From Vicinamibacterales bacterium (GTDB taxonomy: Bacteria; Acidobacteriota; Vicinamibacteria; Vicinamibacterales; UBA2999), in NCBI GenBank assembly GCA_050247355.1, contig JBFWUK010000015.1, forward strand, positions 25,821 to 89,820: 64,000 bases of DNA. The letters are read 5' to 3'. The translations under genes were made by a program, and so were the position numbers. This document shows positions 1 to 9,002 of the stretch, one piece after another. The first letter of the stretch is position 1; every line of letters begins with the position of its first letter. The notes under the pieces were generated by a model. It searched no databases. It was not told where the DNA came from and was given only the letters and a program-made list of their open reading frames with translations.

Positions 1-41
1 GCCACAAGGCGGACGCCACAGCGGCGGCGCCACGGGGCGGA

Positions 42-434
42 TCAGATCAGGAGCGGGGTATGACGGAGATAGGGCGGGGCTGATGCGGCCGGCGGATCCG
101 GCGAGGTGGCGGCGAGGCTGATGTCAACGGAGCGCGGCGATCGCGTGGCGCCAAGCTCCACGTGCACCAGCGACGACTTCCAGATCGACTCGGTGACGAT
201 GCCGATGGTGTGAAGCTGGGCGAGCCACTTGAGTTCCGACTGGCTGGGGCTGTCGGTGCCGGACGACAGCGCGCACGTTTCCTCTGAGGTCCGGCTAAAG
301 CCGGACGCCACATCGACAACGGCGGATGCCGAGGTCCGGCTGAAGCCGGACGCCACATCCACGGCGGCCGTGCGGGCGGCCGCCGTCCACAACAAGGCGG
401 ACAGGCCGATCGCCAGCAGGAACATGCGACGCAC
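42..434 (-). CDS. hypothetical exported protein containing an in-frame tandem duplication
   Basis: 130-aa ORF with GC3-rich codons. Signal-like N-terminus MRRMFLLAIGLSALLWTAAA. VDVASGFSRTS occurs twice. No family recognised, and the repeats may be inserted palindromic elements. Confidence 0.35.
   Translation of the reverse strand: MRRMFLLAIGLSALLWTAAARTAAVDVASGFSRTSASAVVDVASGFSRTSEETCALSSGTDSPSQSELKWLAQLHTIGIVTESIWKSSLVHVELGATRSPRSVDISLAATSPDPPAASAPPYLRHTPLLI
286..359. repeat. two 29-nt direct repeats (286-314, 331-359; 1 mismatch; 45-nt period), each with a 7-bp hairpin GTCCGGC-NNNN-GCCGGAC
   Basis: Read directly: gaggtccggct(a/g)aagccggacgccacatc twice. Stems at 289-295/300-306 and 334-340/345-351. 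Confidence 0.85.
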
Positions 435-692
435 AACTTAATCTTGCCCGGTCGCCGGCCACTCGTCAAACGCCGCGGTCACGCGCCAACCGCCGCGGCT
501 TCGTCTCGAATTGTCTCCGGCGCGTCGATCCGGCCGCGAAGATTTCCGCCGTCCTGCGAACTTTCCCCCGTGATTCACGGCGTCGTTTCCTCTCGCACAG
601 AGCGGGCCCCACCTCATCCGGGCTGGAACAGGTCTTGCCTTGTCGGGTGGTGAACCCGAGTTGTGCCCATTCGCAGAGAAGAGCAGGAATAG

Positions 693-2942
693 ATGGGGAA
701 TACCGTCCGTTACGACGATCGAACGCCACGGCTGTTTTTTCTCGCCGCCGTAGTGTGGGCCGTGGTCGGCATGCTGGTCGGCGTGCTGATCGCCGCCATG
801 CTCTTCATGCCGGCGCTGAACCTGGCGCCGTACCTCACGTTTGGCCGGCTGCGGCCGCTGCACACCAACGCGGTGATCTTCGCGTTCTGCGGCAACATCA
901 TCTTCGCCGGCACCTATCACTCGATGCAGCGGCTGCTGAAGGCGCGGCTGTTCAGCGGCGCGCTGTCGGCCATTCACTTCTGGGGCTGGCAGTTGCTGAT
1001 CGTCGCCGCCGCCGTCGCCCTGGTCACCGGCAATACCCAGGGCAAGGAGTACGCCGAGCTGCCCTGGCTGCTCGACATCGTCATCGCCGTGCTGTGGGTG
1101 ATCTTTGCGATCAACTTCTTCGGCACCATCGCGATGCGCCGCGAGAAGCACCTCTACGTCGCCATCTGGTTCTACATCGCCACCATCGTCGCCGTCGCCA
1201 TCCTGCACATCGGCAACAGCATGGTGATGCCGTACTCGTGGCTGGGCAGCTATTCCGCCTACGCCGGCGTCAAGGACGCGCTGATGCAGTGGTGGTACGG
1301 CCACAACGCGGTGGCGTTCTTCCTGACCACACCGTTCCTGGGGCTGATGTATTACTACCTGCCCAAGGCCGCCGAGCGGCCGGTGTTCAGCTACCGGCTG
1401 TCGATCATGCACTTCTGGTCGCTGGTGTTCGTCTACATCTGGGCCGGCCCGCACCACCTGCACTACTCGGCGCTGCCCGAATGGGCGTCGACGCTGGGCA
1501 TGCTGTTCTCGCTGATCCTGTGGATGCCGTCGTGGGGCGGCATGGTCAACGGCTTCTTCACGCTGCGCGGCGCCTGGCACAAGCTGCGCGAGGATCCCAT
1601 CCTCAAGTTCATGGTCGTCGCCATTACCTATTACGGGATGTCGACGTTCGAAGGGCCGATGATGTCGATCAAGTCGGTGAATGCGGTGTCGCACTTCACC
1701 GACTGGACCATCGGCCACGTCCATGCCGGCGCGCTGGGCTGGAACGCGTTCCTGTCGTTCGCCATCCTCTACTGGGCGGTGCCGCGGCTGTGGAAGACGC
1801 AGCTCTACTCGACCAAGCTGGCGACGGCCCATTTCTGGACCGGCACGGTCGGCCTGATTGCCTACCAGGTGTCGATGTGGGTGGCCGGCATCACGCAGTG
1901 GGCCATGTGGCGCGCCTTCGAGCCCGACGGCCGCCTGGTTTATCCCGAGTTCATCGAGACGGTGGTCCGGCTGGTGCCGCTCTACTGGGTTCGCCTGGCC
2001 GGCGGCCTGGTGTTCTTCAGCGGGCTGCTGATGCTGTGCTGGAACCTGTTCAAGACCATCCAGTCGGCACCGGCCGACTATGCCGACGAACCCGAGGTCA
2101 ATGCTCCACCCCTGGTGTTCGAGATGGCGCCCGCGCCGGGCGCGGTGACCGCGGCCAACACCTACGACCACGCGCTGTTCGGATTCCAGCATGCGATTCG
2201 CCACGGGTTCCACCGCATGCTCGAGAGCAAGGTCGTCATCTTCACCGTGCTGACGGTGCTGGCGCTTGGCGTCGGCTCGCTGGTCGAAACGCTGCCGATG
2301 TTCTTCGCCAAGGGCAACGTCAAGGAGATTGCCAGCGTCAAGCCGTACACGCCGCTCGAAGTGGTCGGCCGCGACATCTACGTCCGCGAGGGTTGCTACA
2401 ACTGCCACTCGCAGATGATCCGGCCGTTCCGCTACGAGACCGAGCGCTACGGCGACTACTCGAAGGCGGGCGAGTTCATCTACGACCGGCCCTTCCAGTG
2501 GGGCTCGAAGCGCACCGGTCCAGACCTGCAGCGGGTCGGCGGCAAGTACCCGTCGCTGTGGCACGTCCGTCACATGGCGCGGCCCGATTCGACCACGCCG
2601 GGTTCGATCATGCCGCGCTATCCGCACCTGCTGACCAGCACCTTCGACACCAGTTTGATCGGCGCCAAGATGCGCGCCCTGCGCTCGCTCGGCGTGCCCT
2701 ACAGCCAGGGTGAGATCGACACCGCCGAAACCGCCATGCGCATGCAGGCCGCCGCCATTGCCGGAGAAGTGGCGCAGCAGCAGGGGCCGACCGGCCTCGA
2801 CGACAAGGAAATCATCGCGCTCACGGCCTACCTGCAGCGCCTGGGCACCGACATCGGCTGGAAGCGGCCGCTGCCGCAAGCGCCCATCGCGCTGACGCCC
2901 GCCCCGGCCCCGCCTCCGGCCGCCGGCGGAGGAATGAGGTAG
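693..2942 (+). CDS. ccoNO: cbb3-type cytochrome c oxidase, subunits I and II fused (CcoN-CcoO)
   Basis: 749 aa. The N-terminal multi-TM part has CcoN-like motifs (GRLRPLHTNAVIFAF, WWYGHNAV, HHLHYSALPEW). From about nt 2211 there is a CcoO-like TM anchor, a single heme c motif CYNCH (2394-2408), FQWGSKRTGPDL and LWHVRHM, all in the same frame with no stop. Confidence 0.9.
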   Translation: MGNTVRYDDRTPRLFFLAAVVWAVVGMLVGVLIAAMLFMPALNLAPYLTFGRLRPLHTNAVIFAFCGNIIFAGTYHSMQRLLKARLFSGALSAIHFWGWQLLIVAAAVALVTGNTQGKEYAELPWLLDIVIAVLWVIFAINFFGTIAMRREKHLYVAIWFYIATIVAVAILHIGNSMVMPYSWLGSYSAYAGVKDALMQWWYGHNAVAFFLTTPFLGLMYYYLPKAAERPVFSYRLSIMHFWSLVFVYIWAGPHHLHYSALPEWASTLGMLFSLILWMPSWGGMVNGFFTLRGAWHKLREDPILKFMVVAITYYGMSTFEGPMMSIKSVNAVSHFTDWTIGHVHAGALGWNAFLSFAILYWAVPRLWKTQLYSTKLATAHFWTGTVGLIAYQVSMWVAGITQWAMWRAFEPDGRLVYPEFIETVVRLVPLYWVRLAGGLVFFSGLLMLCWNLFKTIQSAPADYADEPEVNAPPLVFEMAPAPGAVTAANTYDHALFGFQHAIRHGFHRMLESKVVIFTVLTVLALGVGSLVETLPMFFAKGNVKEIASVKPYTPLEVVGRDIYVREGCYNCHSQMIRPFRYETERYGDYSKAGEFIYDRPFQWGSKRTGPDLQRVGGKYPSLWHVRHMARPDSTTPGSIMPRYPHLLTSTFDTSLIGAKMRALRSLGVPYSQGEIDTAETAMRMQAAAIAGEVAQQQGPTGLDDKEIIALTAYLQRLGTDIGWKRPLPQAPIALTPAPAPPPAAGGGMR

Positions 2943-2944
2943 CC

Positions 2945-3109
2945 ATGCTGCAGGAACTTACCGCCGGCACCGGCGCCGCCAATTGGGCAATCGGCTCGCT
3001 GTTGTTCTTCATCGCGGTCTATGCCGTGGTCGTGGTGCGCCTCGTCCGGGCGCGTCCCGAAGACCTGGCCGCACGCGCGCGCATGGCACTCGACGACGAG
3101 AAGGCGTAA
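2945..3109 (+). CDS. ccoQ: CcoQ/FixQ-like small membrane subunit
   Basis: 54-codon ORF below the track cutoff: MLQELTAGTGAANWAIGSLLFFIAVYAVVVVRLV... It has one TM helix and fills the slot 2 nt after ccoNO and 6 nt before ccoP. Confidence 0.5.
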   Translation: MLQELTAGTGAANWAIGSLLFFIAVYAVVVVRLVRARPEDLAARARMALDDEKA

Positions 3110-3115
3110 ACGATC

Positions 3116-3703
3116 ATGGCCGAATTCGAAGACAAGGTTCTGCACGAGCTCGACGGCATCAAGGAATACGACAACCCGATGCCGGGCTGGCTGATGGCCA
3201 TCTGGTGGGGGTCGCTGCTGTTCTCGGCCGGCTACCTGATGTTCTATGCGCTGCGCTTCGGCGAGGGCTCGATGGAAGCCGAGTACCGCGCCCAGACGCA
3301 GGCCGGCGTCACCTCGGTGCAGGCGTACTTCGACGCCAACCCGCTGGTGCCGCCGTCGCCGGCGCAACTGCTGGCCGGCGCCAAGAACGCGGCGGTGACC
3401 GACCTCGGCGCCGAGCGCTTCGCGCGCTCGTGCGCGTCGTGCCACGGCGACCACGCCCAGGGCCTGATCGGCCCGAACCTCACCGACGATCGCTGGCTGC
3501 ACGGCGGCTCGGTCGAGCAGATCTTCCAGACGGTGGCCAAGGGCTGGCCGTCGAAGGGCATGCCGCCGTGGGGCCGCACGCTCAATCCCGACGAACTGGC
3601 GGCGCTGGTCTCGTACGTGCGCAGTGTGCAGGGCTCGATGCCGGCCAACCCGCGGCCGCCCGAAGGCGACGTCGTGGCGCCGGAACCGGTTCCGGAAGGC
3701 TGA
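3116..3703 (+). CDS. ccoP: cbb3 oxidase subunit III (CcoP), short monoheme form
   Basis: 195 aa. CcoP N-terminal motif DGIKEYDNPMPGWLMAIWW plus a TM helix. Only one CxxCH (CASCH, 3431-3445), followed by GMPPWG. Confidence 0.8.
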   Translation: MAEFEDKVLHELDGIKEYDNPMPGWLMAIWWGSLLFSAGYLMFYALRFGEGSMEAEYRAQTQAGVTSVQAYFDANPLVPPSPAQLLAGAKNAAVTDLGAERFARSCASCHGDHAQGLIGPNLTDDRWLHGGSVEQIFQTVAKGWPSKGMPPWGRTLNPDELAALVSYVRSVQGSMPANPRPPEGDVVAPEPVPEG

Positions 3704-3705
3704 CC

Positions 3706-5124
3706 ATGAGTTCCGTCTTTGAAGGCGCGCCGGCCGAGGAGCTGCTCTACAGCATCACCCAGGATGGCAAGCGGCGCTTCATGCACCCGGTGGTCCGCAA
3801 GGGCCACTACTGGAAGATCCGCCGCGCCATTGCCTGGGCGCTGGTGGCGCTGTTCTACGCGCTGCCGCTGATCCCGGTCGGTGGCGCGCCGGCGGTGCAG
3901 TTCGACCTGTCGACCCGCCTGACACACCTGTTCGGCTTCACGTTCCGTCCCACCGACAACCTGGTGCTGGCGGCCTTCGGCTTTGGCGTGGTCGTCACGG
4001 TGTTCTTCGTCGGCTCGACCTTCGGCCGCATCTGGTGCGGCTTCGGCTGCCCGCAGACCATCTACCTGGAGTTCCTGTTCCGGCCGATTGAAGCATGGAT
4101 CGAAGGCGGACCGACCAACCAGCGGCGGCTCAACAAGCAGCCGCTCAGCCTGCACAAGGCGGCGATCAAGACCGGCAAGTGGGTGTTGTGGTCGTTGCTG
4201 GCAGTCAGCATGGCCGCCACCTTCGTCGCCTACTTCACCGGCTGGGCGCCGCTTGTGCATGGCCTGGCGACCGAACCGGGCGCGTGGACGGCGGCGTTGT
4301 TCACGATGGCGGCGTTGACCGGGTTGATCCTGTTCGACTTCGGCTGGTTCCGCGACCAGATGTGCACCATCGCCTGCCCGTACGGCCGGCTGCAGAACGC
4401 GCTGGCCGACAAGGACACCATTCTCGTCGCCTACGACACCGCCCGCGGCGAGCCGCGCATGGCGCCGAAGTTCGCGACGGCCGGCGTCCGCGCCGGCGAC
4501 TGCATCGATTGCGGGGCGTGCGTCAGCGTCTGCCCGACCGGCGTCGACATCCGCCGCGGCCTGCAAGTGGAGTGCATCGGCACCGCGCAATGCGTGGATG
4601 CGTGCGACGACGTGATGCGCAAGCTGGGCCGGCCGACGGGGCTGATCAAGTTCACGTCCGAACGCGAGCAGCAGGGTAGCGCCCGCCGCCTGTGGCGGCC
4701 GCGCAACCTGGCCTACCTGGTCATGATGACGGTGGCCTGGGGCACCTTCGGCACACTGGTGTTCACGCGCGCCGACGCGCAGGTCGAAATCGTCCGCGGC
4801 GGCCGCGAACCGTACCGCATGTTGACGACCGGCGAAGTCGCCAACCAGCAGCGCATCCGCTTCACCAACCAGCTCGATCAACCGCAGCGCTTCGACGTCA
4901 CCGTTGCCGATGCGTCGGGCGCGGCGCTGGTGCTGAGCGCCTCGCCCGTCATCGTCGCGCCGCAGTCCGTGGTCACCGTCAACGCCGTGACCACGGTGCC
5001 GCGGGCGCTGTTTGCCGACGGCCAGGCCACGGTTCGATACCTCATCACCTCCGATCGCGGCTTCCGGCGGGAACTCGACTTCCTGCTGCTCGGGCCGTTT
5101 GGATCCGGCGGAGCGCAACCATGA
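3706..5124 (+). CDS. ccoG: cbb3 oxidase accessory 4Fe-4S protein CcoG/FixG
   Basis: ATG at 3706 inside track ORF 2983..5124. Motifs CGFGCPQT, CPYGRLQ, CIDCGACVSVCP and CIGTAQCVDAC, plus several TM helices. Confidence 0.9.
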   Translation: MSSVFEGAPAEELLYSITQDGKRRFMHPVVRKGHYWKIRRAIAWALVALFYALPLIPVGGAPAVQFDLSTRLTHLFGFTFRPTDNLVLAAFGFGVVVTVFFVGSTFGRIWCGFGCPQTIYLEFLFRPIEAWIEGGPTNQRRLNKQPLSLHKAAIKTGKWVLWSLLAVSMAATFVAYFTGWAPLVHGLATEPGAWTAALFTMAALTGLILFDFGWFRDQMCTIACPYGRLQNALADKDTILVAYDTARGEPRMAPKFATAGVRAGDCIDCGACVSVCPTGVDIRRGLQVECIGTAQCVDACDDVMRKLGRPTGLIKFTSEREQQGSARRLWRPRNLAYLVMMTVAWGTFGTLVFTRADAQVEIVRGGREPYRMLTTGEVANQQRIRFTNQLDQPQRFDVTVADASGAALVLSASPVIVAPQSVVTVNAVTTVPRALFADGQATVRYLITSDRGFRRELDFLLLGPFGSGGAQP

Positions 5125-5651
5125 AACTGTTCCGTTTGGTCTCGGATTATCGCTGGCCGATCTACATCGCCGGACATCTCCTGATGTCGGTGGTCGCCTG
5201 CGGCGTGCTGGTGTGGGTGGCGACGCGGCCCGATGCGCCGCGGCCGATTCCCGACTACTACGAGACCGCCCAGTCGTGGGATCGCGATGAGGCCATCGAG
5301 CACGCCAGCCGGCGTCTCGGCTGGACCGTGCGCTACGAGCTGCCGTCCGACGTGCCGCACTATCGCGGCATGCCACGCCTGGTCGATGTCACGGTGGCCG
5401 ATCGCGACGGCCGCCCGGTCTCGGGGCTGGCCGGGCACCTGCTGGCCGTGCGCCCCGCCGACACCCGTCTCAATCGGCGCGGCGAGCTGGTCGAGTTGCC
5501 GACCCACGCCGGCAGCTACCGCACGCTCGTCCAGCTCGATGAGCCGGGAGCATGGGAACTGCGGATCGACACTACGCAGCAGCAACTGCGGTTCGTCCAC
5601 GCGGCACGGATCAGCGTGGACGCGGGCGCCGGGCAGGAGGCGGCCCAGTAA
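5121..5651 (+). CDS. ccoH: FixH/CcoH family cbb3 assembly protein
   Basis: ATG at 5121 overlaps the ccoG stop (ATGA). One N-terminal TM helix followed by a soluble domain. Canonical position between ccoG and ccoI. Confidence 0.7.
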   Translation: MKLFRLVSDYRWPIYIAGHLLMSVVACGVLVWVATRPDAPRPIPDYYETAQSWDRDEAIEHASRRLGWTVRYELPSDVPHYRGMPRLVDVTVADRDGRPVSGLAGHLLAVRPADTRLNRRGELVELPTHAGSYRTLVQLDEPGAWELRIDTTQQQLRFVHAARISVDAGAGQEAAQ

Positions 5652-8179
5652 TGATTCCCGTCCCCGGGGCCGGATCGGCGCGAGCGGCCGCCGCGGCCTG
5701 CGCGCACTGCGGACTGGACGTACCGGCGGCGCTGTGCCGCGCCGACGCGCCGGAGCAGTTCTGCTGCAACGGCTGCCGCCAGGTCCATGCGCTGCTGCGC
5801 GAGTGGGGTTTCGATCACTACTACCAGCTGGTCGATCGCCAGGCCGGCGTGCTGGCGCCGGCGCGGGTCAGCGGCCGCACCTTCGAAGACTTCGACGATG
5901 CGCGGCTGCAAGACGAGGCGACAGATGCGCTCAGCCCCGAGCGCCGGCGCACGCGCCTGTACCTCGAGGGCGTGCACTGCTCGGCGTGCGTCTGGCTGGT
6001 CGAGAAACTGCCCGCGGTGCTGCCCGGCGTGGACGAAGTGCGCCTCAACTACGGCAGCGCCGTCGCCGAGGTGACGTGGCGGCCGGGGCACACCCGCCTG
6101 TCTACCGTGGCTCGCGCCCTCGATCGCCTGGGCTACACCCCGCACGTGCATCGCGCGTCGCGCGCGCACGAAGCGCGCCGCGAGGAGGACCGCGTGATGC
6201 TGGCCCGCCTGGGGGTGGCCGCGGCCGGCGCCATGAACCTGATGTTCATCTCGGGCGCGCTCTACGCCGGCGAACACAGCGGCATGGCTTCGGCCTACGA
6301 AGGCTTCTTCCGGTGGCTGTCGCTGCTGATCGCGGTGCCCGTGCTCGGCTTCTCGGCCCGGCCGTTCTTCCAGACGGCCCTCGCCGGACTGCGCACCAGA
6401 GTGGTTCACATCGACCTGCCGATCGCGGTGGCCATTGCCATCGCCGCGGCGGCCAGCAGTTGGAACGCGCTGTGGGGGAGCGGGCCGTTGTGGTTCGACT
6501 CGCTCGCCATGCTGGTTGCGGCGTTGCTGGGTGCGCGGCAGCTGCAGCGCAGTGCTCAGCGCACCGCGCTCGAGCGCGCCGACAGCCTGCGCGGTGTGGC
6601 GTTCCTCGAGTTTGCCCGGCGGCTCGAAGGCGACGGCGACGATGCGCCGATGGTGGAAGTGCCGTTGGCGGCGCTCGTGCCGGGCGACCGCGTCGAGGTC
6701 CGCTCGGGCGAACTTGTTCCGGTTGACGGCGTGGTGCTCGAGGGCGCGTCCTCGCTCGACAACGCTGTGCTCACCGGCGAGGCCGTGCCGCTGCCGGTCG
6801 CCGAGGGCGACGCGGTGAATGCCGGTGCCACCAACCTCGGCGCCCGATTGATCGTTCGCGTTGACGCGATCGGCACCCGCACCCGCGTGGGCGCCCTGTT
6901 GGCGCTGGTGCAGGACGCCACGTCGCGGCGCCCGGCGCTGGTGCAGACCACCGACGTCATGGCGCGGCGCTTCGTGCACATCCTGCTGGTGGCGGCCGCG
7001 GCCACCCTGGTCGTTACCTGGCGGCAGCACGGCTTCGATGTGGCGCTGACGCGGGTGGTCGCCCTGCTGGTGGTGTCGTGCCCGTGCGCGCTCGGGCTGT
7101 CGGTGCCGCTGGCCATGTCGATGGCGCTGATGCGCGCGGCCCGCGCCGGCATCTTCATCAAGAACCCCGACGCGCTGGAGCGCTTGCGGCACATTGATAC
7201 GGTAATGCTCGACAAGACCGGCACCCTCACCGAAGGCCGCTCGACCATCGCGCAGTGGCACGGCGACCTGTTCGCGCGCGAACTGGCAACGGCGCTCGAA
7301 GTCGAGTCCTCGCATGCGGTGGCGCGCGCGTTCACCACCAGGCCGGTGCGGCCGCTCCACGTCGTGCGTCCCGTCAGCGATGTGCTCGAGGTGCGCGGCC
7401 AGGGCATTGCCGGACGCGTGGACGGCCACGACGTGCAGGTCGGCAACCGCGCCTTCATCGAGAGCGCCGGCGCCACGGTGTCGAGCGCGCAGGCGGGGGC
7501 GGCGGCCGTCATGGTGAGCCGCGCGCTGAGCCCCGTGTTCGTGGCGGTTGACGGACGGGTCTGCGGCATTGCCGGCGTCGGCGATGCGCTGCGCGCCGAC
7601 GCCTTCGCCACCGTGCACGCACTGCAACGCCGCGGCCTGCGCGTTCGGATTCTCTCCGGCGATCATCCTGGCATCGTCAGCGGCATCGCAGTGCAGCTGG
7701 GCATTGCTCCTGAAGATGCCGTGGGCGGGCTGACGCCCGAAGCCAAGCGCGATGCGGTGGCGGCGCTGGTCTCGCGCGCCGGCCGAAAGGGCGGCGTGAT
7801 GATGGTGGGCGACGGCGTCAACGACGCGGCGGCACTGGTTTTGGCCGATGTCGGCGTCGCGGTCGACGGCGGCATGGGCGCGACTATTGTCGCTGCCGAC
7901 ATCGTCCTGACCCGCGAAGGCGTGGCGCCGCTCGTGGACATCCTTGACGGCGCCCGCCGCCTGCGCGGCGTCATTCGCCGCAACATCGCCTTCTCCCTGC
8001 TTTATAACGCCGGCGCTTCGTCGATGGCGGTGGCCGGGCTGGTCGGCCCGCTGCTGGCGGCCGTGCTGATGCCGTTGTCGTCACTCACGGTGGTGCTGTC
8101 GTCGGCCTTGACCCGCACGTTTGCGGTGCCCCCGGTGCGCGCCAGCCGCCGCTTGCGGCGGCTCAGAGGGGCGGCCTGA
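5651..8179 (+). CDS. ccoI: copper-translocating P1B-type ATPase CcoI/FixI
   Basis: ATG at 5651 shares 1 nt with the ccoH stop. N-terminal CAHCG...FCCNGC, a CPC motif (VVSCPCALG), DKTGTLT and GDGVNDA. Confidence 0.9.
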   Translation: MIPVPGAGSARAAAAACAHCGLDVPAALCRADAPEQFCCNGCRQVHALLREWGFDHYYQLVDRQAGVLAPARVSGRTFEDFDDARLQDEATDALSPERRRTRLYLEGVHCSACVWLVEKLPAVLPGVDEVRLNYGSAVAEVTWRPGHTRLSTVARALDRLGYTPHVHRASRAHEARREEDRVMLARLGVAAAGAMNLMFISGALYAGEHSGMASAYEGFFRWLSLLIAVPVLGFSARPFFQTALAGLRTRVVHIDLPIAVAIAIAAAASSWNALWGSGPLWFDSLAMLVAALLGARQLQRSAQRTALERADSLRGVAFLEFARRLEGDGDDAPMVEVPLAALVPGDRVEVRSGELVPVDGVVLEGASSLDNAVLTGEAVPLPVAEGDAVNAGATNLGARLIVRVDAIGTRTRVGALLALVQDATSRRPALVQTTDVMARRFVHILLVAAAATLVVTWRQHGFDVALTRVVALLVVSCPCALGLSVPLAMSMALMRAARAGIFIKNPDALERLRHIDTVMLDKTGTLTEGRSTIAQWHGDLFARELATALEVESSHAVARAFTTRPVRPLHVVRPVSDVLEVRGQGIAGRVDGHDVQVGNRAFIESAGATVSSAQAGAAAVMVSRALSPVFVAVDGRVCGIAGVGDALRADAFATVHALQRRGLRVRILSGDHPGIVSGIAVQLGIAPEDAVGGLTPEAKRDAVAALVSRAGRKGGVMMVGDGVNDAAALVLADVGVAVDGGMGATIVAADIVLTREGVAPLVDILDGARRLRGVIRRNIAFSLLYNAGASSMAVAGLVGPLLAAVLMPLSSLTVVLSSALTRTFAVPPVRASRRLRRLRGAA

Positions 8180-8180
8180 C

Positions 8181-8378
8181 ATGGAGACGCTGTTCGTGCT
8201 GCTCCCGCTCGCGCTGCTGATTGCCGCCATTGCCGTCGGCTTCTTCATCTGGGCGGCCCGCAGCGGCCAGTTCGACGATCTCGAGACGCCGCCCGTCCGC
8301 ATGCTGTTCGACGATGTCGAGCCACGCGAGGGCCGGCCGCCGGCGCCCGTCGCTTCGACAAGGAGTGTTCCCGAATGA
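8181..8378 (+). CDS. ccoS: cbb3 oxidase maturation protein CcoS/FixS
   Basis: METLFVLLPLALLIAAIAVGFFIWAARSGQFDDLE is a typical CcoS sequence. The gene starts 2 nt after ccoI. Confidence 0.8.
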   Translation: METLFVLLPLALLIAAIAVGFFIWAARSGQFDDLETPPVRMLFDDVEPREGRPPAPVASTRSVPE

Positions 8379-8998
8379 AGGCCCCCAGAAAGTCTGCCGG
8401 TGTGATCGGGCTGCTCGTGGTGATGACCACGGTTGGCGCGCTGACCTATGCGGTGAGCAACTCGCGCAAAGGATACGAGCCGCGGCAGCCGATCGCCTTT
8501 TCGCACAAGCGCATGGCCGGCGCGCCGGTGATGCAGACGAATGACAAGGGTGAGCCGGTCAACGTCGGCGGCTTCGCCATCCCGTGCCAGTACTGCCACA
8601 CCATGCCGTACAAGGGCCGGCATGCGACCATTCCGTCCACCGCGGTGTGCATGAACTGCCACTCGACCGTCGGCTTGAACAAGGAGTGGGTCCTGAAGAT
8701 GCGCGAGTACTGGGACCGCGGCCAGCCGATCCCGTGGGTCAAGGTGCACGACCTGCCCGACTTCGTCTACTTCGATCACTCCGCCCACTTGAACGCCAAA
8801 GACGCGCACGGCCAGCCGAAGCTGCCGGTCACCGACGAAGCGGGGCAGCCGATGGTGGCGTGCCAGACCTGCCACGGCAAAGTCGATCAGATGGACATCG
8901 TCTCGGTGCAGACCAACTTCAATATGCAGTGGTGCCTCGACTGCCACCGCAAGCCGGAAATGAAGGCCCCGACTTCCTGCGTCACGTGTCACCGGTAA
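8375..8998 (+). CDS. actA: Alternative Complex III pentaheme cytochrome c subunit ActA
   Basis: 207 aa with an N-terminal TM helix. Five CxxCH motifs: CQYCH, CMNCH, CQTCH, CLDCH and CVTCH. ATGA overlap with ccoS. Confidence 0.85.
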   Translation: MKAPRKSAGVIGLLVVMTTVGALTYAVSNSRKGYEPRQPIAFSHKRMAGAPVMQTNDKGEPVNVGGFAIPCQYCHTMPYKGRHATIPSTAVCMNCHSTVGLNKEWVLKMREYWDRGQPIPWVKVHDLPDFVYFDHSAHLNAKDAHGQPKLPVTDEAGQPMVACQTCHGKVDQMDIVSVQTNFNMQWCLDCHRKPEMKAPTSCVTCHR

Positions 8999-9002
8999 AG
9001 CC

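Noticed and set aside
286-359. CRISPR array (this locus, and also 14726-14816)
   Set aside because: Each locus has only two repeat copies, both in frame inside ORFs. Spacers are 16 and 5 nt, and there are no cas genes in the window.
438-692. FNR/Anr anaerobox or a riboswitch in the 255-nt ccoNO leader
   Set aside because: I found no TTGAT-N4-ATCAA match and recognised no conserved riboswitch core. Only short palindromes are present.
438-2879. 813-aa ORF antisense to ccoNO, and the 692-aa alternate-frame ORF 635..2713
   Set aside because: Arg/Gly/His/Pro-rich nonsense composition typical of GC-rich shadow frames. The sense frame has unmistakable CcoN/CcoO motifs.
3116-3703. CcoP truncated by a frameshift that hides the second heme domain
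   Set aside because: ccoG starts 2 nt after the ccoP stop and ccoQ ends 6 nt before its start, so no coding space for a lost domain exists.
2983-3705. N-terminal 241-codon extension of the ccoG ORF in the track
   Set aside because: It overlaps ccoQ and ccoP in another frame and reads as Arg/Gly-rich nonsense. The ATG at 3706, 2 nt after the ccoP stop, begins the recognisable CcoG sequence.
3244-7666. 710-aa and 716-aa minus-strand ORFs across ccoG, ccoH and ccoI
   Set aside because: Same reasoning. The plus-strand genes carry Fe-S, CPC, DKTGT and GDGVNDA motifs.
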